Source: Patescibacteria group bacterium UBA2772
GTDB lineage: Bacteria > Patescibacteriota > Minisyncoccia > Moranbacterales > DUUL01
Direction of reading: 5' to 3'
Assembly (NCBI GenBank): GCA_002352545.1
Contig: DEIO01000026.1
Coordinates: 4,099-68,098 of the forward strand
Length of the DNA: 64,000 nt
Position numbers and translations under genes: made by a program. A model generated the notes under the pieces. It did no database searches. It was given only the letters and a program-made list of their open reading frames with translations, and was not told the DNA's origin. Below, piece by piece: positions 46,630-55,051 of the stretch (position 1 is its first letter; each line of letters starts with the position of its first letter).

Positions 46630-47541
46630 ATGTCAAAAATAAAAAAAATAGTAGCATCGATTGTAATAGCCTCGTTTCTTCTTACATCAGTCACACCAAC
46701 AATTGTACACGCTGAAATGTGGGGTACAAATATTGCATCAAGCATGATGAAACAGGTTTTAGAGCAAGTTTATCTTGTTTTAAGAAAAACAATTTTGCAA
46801 ACATTGAAAAGGGAAGCAAATGAAATGATAAAAAGCAGTATTGAAAAAGCTGTTTCTGGTTCTTCCGGTGAACCAATGGTGGTTTCTGATTACGAAGACT
46901 TTATATTTGGTGCGGCACAAGTTGCTGCTGAGGACACACTGGATGATTTCTTTTCTGTTTTACAAGAAGGAGTTTCTTCTGAAGAAAGAGATATGTTAAG
47001 AAATGTTGAACAAACAATAAGTAAACAACTAACACCAGCAATACCAGAAGTTACATTGCGTGAAGTAGTTGATTCTGATGATCCAATAAGTGATATTTTT
47101 AATCAAAGTAAAGGTGGTGGAATAGGAGCTTTAATGTCTTATCAATTTGGTGCTTACAATAATTCTACGAACGCTTATGTAAATGCAAAGCAAATAGTTC
47201 AGTCCAAGGCTAGGCAAGTTGCTGAAGCGCGGAAAACAGAGGTACTTGCTGGTAGTGGATTTAATACTGTAGTTGATGGGAATAAAGTTATTCCAGGAAA
47301 AGTTTCACAGGAAATTGTTTCTGCTGCTGAGCAAATGCCAATAGAGATGATTAATAATGCTAGTTCTTTAGAAGAAGTTATTGCTAGTTTTGTTGTTTCA
47401 TCAGTTACATCATTTGTAAAGAGTGGAATTAATGTTGTCACCAAGCCAATTAATAACGAAATGAGAAAAATTCGTAGGAATATTGGTAAGAATGGAGTGC
47501 AAGAACTTCAGGATAAACTTAAAAAAGGTCTCACAATCTAA
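46630..47541 (+). CDS. hypothetical secreted protein (T4SS-like cluster)
   Basis: Signal peptide IVASIVIASFLLTSVTPTIVHA; 303 aa; no family recognised. Confidence 0.5.
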   Translation: MSKIKKIVASIVIASFLLTSVTPTIVHAEMWGTNIASSMMKQVLEQVYLVLRKTILQTLKREANEMIKSSIEKAVSGSSGEPMVVSDYEDFIFGAAQVAAEDTLDDFFSVLQEGVSSEERDMLRNVEQTISKQLTPAIPEVTLREVVDSDDPISDIFNQSKGGGIGALMSYQFGAYNNSTNAYVNAKQIVQSKARQVAEARKTEVLAGSGFNTVVDGNKVIPGKVSQEIVSAAEQMPIEMINNASSLEEVIASFVVSSVTSFVKSGINVVTKPINNEMRKIRRNIGKNGVQELQDKLKKGLTI

Positions 47542-47552
47542 AAAGCAAAAAA

Positions 47553-49586
47553 ATGATACTTTTCAAAAACAAAAAAGTAGCGATAAAGGTATTTATACTC
47601 ATAGTGATAGGAGTTTTCTATTTTGGTTTACCAGCGCTTATTCCTACGACGTTTGCATCAAAAAATATAACTTCTGCTGAAGTGATGAATCAAGGAGCCG
47701 ACCAGAAACTTGATGGTTGGGGACCTGATATCGCTAATTGGATCATTATAAAAGCATTACAACTAATGCAATCTGTTTCTGGTTTTGTATTGGGATTAGG
47801 AATGTCATTAGTTGATCTTACGCTATCAGATAAGATGTACGAACAAGTTTTTTTTGCTGGAAGCAGTGTTGAAGCGATTAATACTGGTTGGGGATTAGTT
47901 CGAGATTTTGTTAATATGTTTTTTATACTTATATTAATATTTGTTGCAATTGCGACAATTCTAAGAGTAAATAAGTTTTCAGATAAAAAGTTTATTGTAT
48001 ATGTAGTTTCAGCAGCACTTTTTGTGAATTTTTCGAAACCAATAACGATGTTTATTATTGATATTTCGAATTTGGCCATGTCTTTTTTTATGAGCAATAT
48101 TAGAGAAGGAAATGCCAGTTACTCATCAGCTCTTTTGAATGCGCAGGGACTGGGAGAAATTTTTAAGAGCGACACGCAGAGTGCAGAAACTATGGGTATG
48201 TTGGTAGCGTGGATAGTTGAAATAGTATTTAAGTTTATTATGGGTGTAATGCTTTTATTACTAGGTTTTTCACTTATTGTAAGATTGATTGCACTTTGGG
48301 TATTGATAATTCTTTCCCCACTTGCATTTTTTGCAATGGCTCTTCCCGGAACTGCAATTGCAAGTATAAAAGGAACCTGGGTTAATAAATTAACTTATTG
48401 GTGTTTTTATGGGCCTGTAATGTTGTTTTTCTTCTGGTTAGCACTTGTTCTTGTAAGTGCGATTGGATTAAATGTTGCGTTTGGTGATGCGGAATTGCAA
48501 ATGGCAGGAATTAATAAAAACCATTTCATAATAGGCGCTTTGAAAATAATTATACCATATGCATCTTGTATATATATGTTATTTTATGGCTTTGATCTTT
48601 CTAAAAAGATGGCATCGCAGGCTGGACAAGGAGCTTCTTGGGGACTTGGCAAATCAACAGCAATGTTTGCTGGTGGTGCATTAGCAGCTAAATATGCAGG
48701 AAGAGGTATTGCAAAGGGTGCTAACATGGCAACGGGTGGAATTGCTCCAGTTGCAGTGTCTAATGTAAAGGAATCGTTTAAAAGGAATCGTCAGGCTGGC
48801 GCACTACAGAAAAAAGCTTTTGTACCAGGTGGTGCATTGGATAACAATGTTCATAAATCAAACCTTGTTAATGAAGCTACCAAGCAATGGGATCAGAAAG
48901 GTACACCTAGTGACAAAGAACTTTTGAATATCATGAATAAAAAACCTAGTCTTGTGGGGAAAACAATTGGAAATGCTGCGGGTGTAACAGGAACTAGAGC
49001 AGAGGCAGAGGCAAAAAGAAAAGCTGCCGCAATTAAATTAGCTGAAAAAGGTAAACTGGATAAAGATGGTTATGGAAAGGCTATGAGTTTGCTTTCAAAT
49101 GACAGTGGAAATTTAGAAAAGTTTGAAAAAGCTGCTAAAAAGAGAAATAGAAAAGAATTTATTGAGTATGGTATAGATAAGAACCTAGACAAAGGAGTGG
49201 AGGATGCTATTGTAAATGAAGAAACAAGGATGGGTACCACTATGTCGGCAGACGATAAAACAGCATTTAAAGCAAAAAGTAAAGAAAAAATAAGAAAAGA
49301 GGCTTATGAAAGTGAGTTAAAGAAAATGAACTTATCTGAGATTATGGAACAAAGTCCAGAATTTTTAGAACAAGGAGAAGTTAAAAACTATTTAAGAAAG
49401 AGTACTGGAGAGGGTGTTGAAAAAAGATTTAGCGTGAAGCAAATGAGAAAACAAGCAGCTGAAAACTTAGATGGTAAAAAACAGAAAATATTAGCTGATG
49501 AAAGATTCTTTGAAGAAAGTAAGCCAGATTTATCACCAGATTCTGCTGAAGATGAAAGAGATGCATTAAGAAATATGAATGGATAA
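47553..49586 (+). CDS. TrbL/VirB6-like polytopic membrane protein with charged C-terminal tail
   Basis: 6-7 TM helices with the block ..LIVRLIALWVLIILSPLAFFAMALPGT..W..KL..W.. typical of VirB6/TrbL-like proteins. K/E-rich ~270-aa C-terminal tail. Cluster context with VirB4. Confidence 0.55.
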   Translation: MILFKNKKVAIKVFILIVIGVFYFGLPALIPTTFASKNITSAEVMNQGADQKLDGWGPDIANWIIIKALQLMQSVSGFVLGLGMSLVDLTLSDKMYEQVFFAGSSVEAINTGWGLVRDFVNMFFILILIFVAIATILRVNKFSDKKFIVYVVSAALFVNFSKPITMFIIDISNLAMSFFMSNIREGNASYSSALLNAQGLGEIFKSDTQSAETMGMLVAWIVEIVFKFIMGVMLLLLGFSLIVRLIALWVLIILSPLAFFAMALPGTAIASIKGTWVNKLTYWCFYGPVMLFFFWLALVLVSAIGLNVAFGDAELQMAGINKNHFIIGALKIIIPYASCIYMLFYGFDLSKKMASQAGQGASWGLGKSTAMFAGGALAAKYAGRGIAKGANMATGGIAPVAVSNVKESFKRNRQAGALQKKAFVPGGALDNNVHKSNLVNEATKQWDQKGTPSDKELLNIMNKKPSLVGKTIGNAAGVTGTRAEAEAKRKAAAIKLAEKGKLDKDGYGKAMSLLSNDSGNLEKFEKAAKKRNRKEFIEYGIDKNLDKGVEDAIVNEETRMGTTMSADDKTAFKAKSKEKIRKEAYESELKKMNLSEIMEQSPEFLEQGEVKNYLRKSTGEGVEKRFSVKQMRKQAAENLDGKKQKILADERFFEESKPDLSPDSAEDERDALRNMNG

Positions 49587-49597
49587 AGCAAAACAAA

Positions 49598-50530
49598 ATG
49601 TGTGCAAATATAGAAAAAGAAAATATTTTATTAAGAAGACAAGCTTGTCCAATGAGCGCCAGCATTCACTGGAAACCAGAGGATGATACTGATAAAGATA
49701 TTCAGACATGGTTAGTTGTTTATAATAAATTACCATATCAAATAAGAGTCGGTTTAGTGGACGAGAAGACCGAAAAAGAAATAGTAAAAATAGCAAAAAA
49801 ATATAATTTATACAAAGTAGGAGAAGTAGGAGAAATTTCTAGAATAATTAGAGATTCATTTGTAATTGATGGTTTTAATGAGGCTGATGCCAAAGAGAGA
49901 ATTATCTCTAATCTAAGAGTGGAAGAAACTGCTATGATACGATTGTATGAAGAAATGATTGAATTAAGAAAGAAAATAGGGAATGTGCAAGATGGTGGCC
50001 TGGATGTTGTTATCGAAAAAATGCCTGTTATGGTAGCTATGGATAATTTCCCAGAGATTAGTAATCAACTTATAGGAGAGAAAAAAATAGTTTTAAGTGA
50101 AACAGAAAAATACGAAAAACCAAGCATTGAAAATTGGATTAATGATTATACTTCGCAAAAAGGAGCACAAGCTCATAATAATTTAGAGCGAAGTGATTAT
50201 ATTTTCAATTCAAAAAATGTAGAAAAGCTAACATTCGAAGAAAAGCAAAAATTAGCAATAATTTTGGAATCCTATGATGAAGAAGAAAAGCTATCAGTGG
50301 ATGTTAAAAGAAAAATATTTTTGTTTGATTCTATAGAAAACAACCAGAAAACTTTAAGAGAAGAGGCTTCTCCAGTAAAGAGCAATAGAAGAAAAAGTAT
50401 TTTAGGAGAATTTCCTTTAGTAGAAAGTGAAAATAAGGATAATAGCAGAAAAGAAGAAGGGATGAATGGTAAGAAAGATTTTACAACAAAAGATCAATCA
50501 AAACATATTATCAACCTAAAGGATATCTAA
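49598..50530 (+). CDS. hypothetical soluble protein (T4SS-like cluster)
   Basis: 310-aa ORF, no TM helices, no family recognised. The true start may be the internal MSASIHW. Confidence 0.45.
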   Translation: MCANIEKENILLRRQACPMSASIHWKPEDDTDKDIQTWLVVYNKLPYQIRVGLVDEKTEKEIVKIAKKYNLYKVGEVGEISRIIRDSFVIDGFNEADAKERIISNLRVEETAMIRLYEEMIELRKKIGNVQDGGLDVVIEKMPVMVAMDNFPEISNQLIGEKKIVLSETEKYEKPSIENWINDYTSQKGAQAHNNLERSDYIFNSKNVEKLTFEEKQKLAIILESYDEEEKLSVDVKRKIFLFDSIENNQKTLREEASPVKSNRRKSILGEFPLVESENKDNSRKEEGMNGKKDFTTKDQSKHIINLKDI

Positions 50531-50549
50531 GAAATAGAAAGAATGATAT

Positions 50550-50963
50550 ATGAATTTTAATGTTCCTCAGTATATTGAAGTTGAAGATAAAATTGCTTTT
50601 CAATTAACAATAAAGCAACTAGCCTGGCTTGCTCTCGCTGGCATAGCACTTTTCTTTTTGTGGCAAATAGGGATAGCAGCGCTTATAGTAATAGGAATCC
50701 CAGTGGTTTTATTGGCACTTGCATTTGCTTTTTATAAGCCAGCTGGAATGACATTTTTGCAATTTGTTAAAAATGGGATTTTTTATTTATTTAAACCAAA
50801 AATTCTTACTTGGCACAGAGAGGCAAAAAACCAAATAAAGAGAACGCCAAGAAAGTTAACAGATAGTAAAAGGAAGGCATCGATCAATAGATATGTAAAG
50901 GAGAAGACGCTGAAATCTTCTGGAAGTTTAGCTGATTTATTAGACAAAAATAGTAAGATTTGA
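50550..50963 (+). CDS. PrgI-family (VirB3-like) small membrane protein
   Basis: N-terminus MNFNVPQYIEVEDKIAFQLTIKQLAWLALAGIALFFLW followed by a second TM helix matches the PrgI-family pattern. Sits directly upstream of VirB4-like genes. Confidence 0.55.
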   Translation: MNFNVPQYIEVEDKIAFQLTIKQLAWLALAGIALFFLWQIGIAALIVIGIPVVLLALAFAFYKPAGMTFLQFVKNGIFYLFKPKILTWHREAKNQIKRTPRKLTDSKRKASINRYVKEKTLKSSGSLADLLDKNSKI

Positions 50964-51646
50964 TTATTAAACATAGTTTTATGGCAGGAATGGGTGTTTC
51001 TAGTATGCAAGAACAGCTTAATGTGTCTGAAATTAAAGACGGAGTAGTTGTTGTTAAGGATGGTTCATTAAGGGCTGTTTTGGCAGTTTCTTCAATTAAC
51101 TTTGATTTGAAATCTAGTACTGAACAAGAAGCTATTATTTTTGCATATCAAAGATTTTTAAACTCATTAGATTTTCCAATTCAAATTGTTATTTCAACAA
51201 GAAAGTTTGATATAAAACCATATTTAGAGATGTTGGAAAGAAAGAAAGATACAGAAAGAAACAATTTACTAAGAAATCAAATAGATGATTACGTGCACTT
51301 TATTACTGAATTGGTAAATGTTTCTAATATTATGTCTAAATTATTCTATATAACAATTCCTTTTTATGCAGTTGAAGCAAAAAGAACTGGTTTTATGGAT
51401 AAGGTTATGACAAAAATAAGACCAAGAAAGGTTGTTTATCAAGAAAGAGAAAAATTTGAAACATATAAGAATCAGTTATTTCAAAGAGTTGAGGAAGTAG
51501 AAGAGTCACTTTCTGGTAGTGGTGTGAGAGTGGCACCGTTGGATACACAAGAGTTAATAGAAATGTACTATAATTGTTATAATCCTTCTGAGTTTGAGCA
51601 CGTTGCAGTTCCAACGCTAGAGAATTTAAATCTTGAAAGAGGTTAA
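50960..51646 (+). CDS. hypothetical protein resembling a stand-alone VirB4/TraC N-terminal domain
   Basis: VSEIKDGVVVVKDGSLRAVLAVSSINFDLKSSTEQEAIIFAYQRFLNSLDFPIQIVI resembles the start of VirB4/TraC-type proteins. No P-loop. Overlaps the upstream stop by 4 nt. Confidence 0.4.
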   Translation: MIIKHSFMAGMGVSSMQEQLNVSEIKDGVVVVKDGSLRAVLAVSSINFDLKSSTEQEAIIFAYQRFLNSLDFPIQIVISTRKFDIKPYLEMLERKKDTERNNLLRNQIDDYVHFITELVNVSNIMSKLFYITIPFYAVEAKRTGFMDKVMTKIRPRKVVYQEREKFETYKNQLFQRVEEVEESLSGSGVRVAPLDTQELIEMYYNCYNPSEFEHVAVPTLENLNLERG

Positions 51647-51656
51647 ATAAAAAAAT

Positions 51657-53516
51657 ATGCCAGGTTTACTTAATTTTGGGAAAAACAAAAAAAGCAAAGA
51701 AATTAACAAGAAAAAAGCGGTGGATCCTGCAATAAATATGCAAGGAGAAGTTTCTGACGATTTATTACAAAAGGAAAAACTCTATCAAGAAGGTCTTGCT
51801 AGAGTTATTGATCTTATTTCACCATCAGCTTTTGGTGTCTCTAGCTCTAATCTACAAATTGGAGATACTTTTTGTAGAACCTTGTTTGTAGCAGCTTATC
51901 CAAGAGCTCTTGCTATGGGATGGATGAATCCAGTGATAGGAACCGATCTTCCTTTAGATATATCAATGTTTATCTATCCTGTTGATACGGGGACTATTTT
52001 GAAAAAGTTAAGAAAAAAAGTTACACAAATTCAGTCCGAGATGAACATTGAGGCTGAAAAGGGATTAACAAGAGATCCGATTTTGGAAATGGCGTATAAC
52101 AATGTAGAAGCTCTAAGGGATCAGTTGCAAGAAGGAGTAGAAAGATTTTTCAAGTTTGGCTTATATTTTAATATTTTTGGAGAGACCAAGGAAGTTTTGG
52201 ACAGAAATACTATTATGCTAGAATCTTTGCTAAATGCAAGATCTGTTTATACAAAAAGAACTATTTTTAGAATGAAAGAAGGTTTTGTTTCAACAATACC
52301 TCTTGGGGTTGATAAATTGATGAATGGTAACGCTTTAAATACATCACCTCTTTCAACAACATTCCCTTTTGTTTCAGCGGATGTAACCTCGAATCAAGGA
52401 ATCTTATATGGAATTAACAGACACAATAACTCCTTGATTTTATTTGATCGTTTTTCTATGGAAAATGCAAATATGGTTGTTTTTGCAAAATCTGGTGCAG
52501 GAAAGAGCTATACTGTTAAGTTGGAAATTTTACGTGCACTTATGTTGGGCTCTAGTGCTGTTATTATTGATCCAGAAGATGAATATAAATACCTTTCTGA
52601 AACAGTAGGTGGTTCTTATCTAAGAATTTCTTTAAACACTGATAATCATATCAACCCATTCGATTTATCTGTTGAGGAGGGCATGGAAGTAGAAGATATC
52701 GTCAGAAGTACGATCGCTTCTTTATTGGGGTTATTAAAATTAATGCTTGGAACGTTGACTCCTGAGGAAGAATCAATTTTAGAACAGGCAATTAGAGAAA
52801 CTTATGCAATTAGAGATATAACAGAAGATACGCCTTTAGATGACTTAAAAAGCAGAACAATGCCAATTTTGTCAGACCTATATGAAGTTCTTTCTAATAT
52901 GAAAGGTGTTGAAGACCTAACTATTAGACTTCAAAAATATACAGAAGGTATATTTTCGGGATTTTTGAACAATAGAACAAATATATCATTAGATAATCAG
53001 TTGGTAGTTTTCAATATTAGAGATTTAGAAGAAGAGCTTCGTCCAATGGCTATGTTTATGATTTTAAATTATATTTGGAAAGAAATTAGAATAAATATCA
53101 AAAAAAGGTTAATTGTTGTTGATGAGGCTTGGAGAATGATGGAACATGATGAAGCGGCAAGATTTTTATTTATGGTAGCGAAAAGAATAAGAAAGTATTA
53201 CGGAGGACTTACAACAATTACACAGGATATTTCAGACTTTATGTCGTCTAAATATGGAAAGCCTATTGTGTCAAATTCTTCTATTCAAATGTTGATGAAA
53301 CAATCTCAGTCAGCAATTGATGTTATTGCAGATACCTTTTATCTAACAGACAGGGAAAAATATCTATTAATGGATTGTGATGTGGGAGAGGGAATATTTT
53401 TCGCAGGGCTTAAAAGAGCGGCTATTCAAGTAATCGCTTCATATGACGAGGACAAAATAATAACAACTAATCCTGTTCAGAGAATTGAGATTGAAAAAGA
53501 AGAAAAAGACGATTAA
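51657..53516 (+). CDS. VirB4-family type IV secretion ATPase
   Basis: Walker A FAKSGAGKSYT (nt 52485-52511), Walker B RLIVVDEAW, downstream ITQDISDF. N-terminal block IGDTFCRTLFVAAYPRALAMGWMNPV is typical of Gram-positive VirB4/TraE-like ATPases. Confidence 0.8.
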   Translation: MPGLLNFGKNKKSKEINKKKAVDPAINMQGEVSDDLLQKEKLYQEGLARVIDLISPSAFGVSSSNLQIGDTFCRTLFVAAYPRALAMGWMNPVIGTDLPLDISMFIYPVDTGTILKKLRKKVTQIQSEMNIEAEKGLTRDPILEMAYNNVEALRDQLQEGVERFFKFGLYFNIFGETKEVLDRNTIMLESLLNARSVYTKRTIFRMKEGFVSTIPLGVDKLMNGNALNTSPLSTTFPFVSADVTSNQGILYGINRHNNSLILFDRFSMENANMVVFAKSGAGKSYTVKLEILRALMLGSSAVIIDPEDEYKYLSETVGGSYLRISLNTDNHINPFDLSVEEGMEVEDIVRSTIASLLGLLKLMLGTLTPEEESILEQAIRETYAIRDITEDTPLDDLKSRTMPILSDLYEVLSNMKGVEDLTIRLQKYTEGIFSGFLNNRTNISLDNQLVVFNIRDLEEELRPMAMFMILNYIWKEIRINIKKRLIVVDEAWRMMEHDEAARFLFMVAKRIRKYYGGLTTITQDISDFMSSKYGKPIVSNSSIQMLMKQSQSAIDVIADTFYLTDREKYLLMDCDVGEGIFFAGLKRAAIQVIASYDEDKIITTNPVQRIEIEKEEKDD

Positions 53517-53582
53517 AAAAGTTAGTTGATATAGTATCTTAATTTAGGGGTGTGATTAAGTTGAATTAAATAAATTAGTACT

Positions 53583-54356
53583 ATGAGAAATAAAAGGCTC
53601 AAGGGTGTGCCAAAAAACAGTAAGGATTATTATAAAAATTACTCAACGGCGAGAACTAAATCGCCAGAAGAACAAGAAGCTATTGAAAGAAAAAACGGTT
53701 TTGTTTTGGGGTCCGAAAGAGGTGAAAAATTAGCAAATCAATCAGAGGTTTCCCAAAAATGGAACGGTGGCAAAAATGAAAACCAGCAAAGTAGGCAGCC
53801 ATCAAATAAAACAACTAAAAATGATTCTTCAAAAACTGCGTCTGAAAGAGAAAAGTATAATAAACTACAACAAAGCAGAATCAAAGACCAAAGAACGGCA
53901 ATGAAGTCAACTAGTTCCAAGAGTGTTGTAACAACGAGCAGTAAAGGTGGATCCACAAGAAGAGGTAGAGGCAAAAGAAGAAAAAGAAAACCACAGATAA
54001 ATCAGGACATGGCATATGCAGCAGCTACTGCGTATAAAGAGATTAGTCCTTCTGAAGATGCAGCACATATAATAGCAATAGTTATTTCACTAGGTGCTGA
54101 TATAGGAACATTAGTTCCGGTTTTAAATTGGGTGGTGGCTCCTTTGGCAATAATGACATTATGGGTTGTTTACTTTCTTGGAGGACATTGGCAAAAAAGA
54201 ATTGGTAGAAAAGCAGTTGTTTCAGCGATGGGCTATTCTATAGAGATGATTCCAGTCGCATCAGCTCTTCCAGCTTTCACAATTACGGCTGTTATGAATT
54301 ATTCTATGGCGCTTATAGAGAAAAGACTTATAAAAATGCAAAATAACGAAGTATAA
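53583..54356 (+). CDS. hypothetical membrane protein with basic disordered N-terminus and C-terminal TM helices
   Basis: The N-terminal ~140 aa is K/R/S/N/Q-rich (..RRGRGKRRKRKPQ..), then 3 TM helices. No family recognised. Confidence 0.45.
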   Translation: MRNKRLKGVPKNSKDYYKNYSTARTKSPEEQEAIERKNGFVLGSERGEKLANQSEVSQKWNGGKNENQQSRQPSNKTTKNDSSKTASEREKYNKLQQSRIKDQRTAMKSTSSKSVVTTSSKGGSTRRGRGKRRKRKPQINQDMAYAAATAYKEISPSEDAAHIIAIVISLGADIGTLVPVLNWVVAPLAIMTLWVVYFLGGHWQKRIGRKAVVSAMGYSIEMIPVASALPAFTITAVMNYSMALIEKRLIKMQNNEV

Positions 54357-55030
54357 TGAAGAAAAAAGAGAAAGAAGATATACTATTTGGAATGATAGTT
54401 CTACTTAATTTTTTATTGGTAATACTATTAACAAATCTTTTTTTAAAAGATGTTAGAGCAGGTGGTATTTGGGAGTGGATGGTAATTTCTGCTTTGTTTT
54501 TATTTATATCGCCTTTTTTTATTGTTAAAAAAATATTCAATGAAAATACAGATGAATATTTTTTGAAATTTAATCCTGATTATAAGGAAATAATATACTC
54601 AATATTCATAGCTTCTTTTTTTGTTGCGGTGATGTGTCTTTTTGTGGTAAAATTAAACTGGTTAAATAGTTTAAGAATATCCTCGTGGGTATTAGCAGAA
54701 GATGTAAAATTGATGTTATTTGTTGATCTTTTGATTTTACCGGTAGTTGTTTTTTCTAAAGAATTTTTCTTTAGAGGATTTATATTAAAAAGACTATTGT
54801 CTTTAACAAATGTTTTTTCTGCTATTGTAATTCAAGCAATTTTATTTCTAATTTTTGAAATAGGCACCGGAGAAATGATTTCTTGGAAGAGTATGTTACT
54901 TATATTGTTTCCTAATATACTTTTAGGATTTTTAGCTTATAAAAACAAATCGATTGTTGTTTCAACAGTTTTTCATTGGGTGTATTTGTTAATTTTAGAT
55001 ATTTATTTCTACTACCAATTTGCGTCGTAG
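54356..55030 (+). CDS. CPBP family intramembrane glutamic endopeptidase (CAAX protease/Abi-like)
   Basis: Polytopic 224-aa protein with SKEFFFRGF (EExxxR-type motif 1) and a late FHWVYLL (His motif). Confidence 0.6.
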   Translation: MKKKEKEDILFGMIVLLNFLLVILLTNLFLKDVRAGGIWEWMVISALFLFISPFFIVKKIFNENTDEYFLKFNPDYKEIIYSIFIASFFVAVMCLFVVKLNWLNSLRISSWVLAEDVKLMLFVDLLILPVVVFSKEFFFRGFILKRLLSLTNVFSAIVIQAILFLIFEIGTGEMISWKSMLLILFPNILLGFLAYKNKSIVVSTVFHWVYLLILDIYFYYQFAS

Positions 55031-55051
55031 GAGCTTAAACAAAAATAAATT

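Noticed and set aside
50960-53516. VirB4 split by a sequencing frameshift into 228-aa and 619-aa pieces
   Set aside because: The 619-aa protein already has its own VirB4-type N-terminal block and a normal length for Gram-positive-type VirB4. The upstream ORF ends with a clean stop and a 10-nt gap containing an A-rich spacer. It is kept as a finding rather than called a pseudogene.
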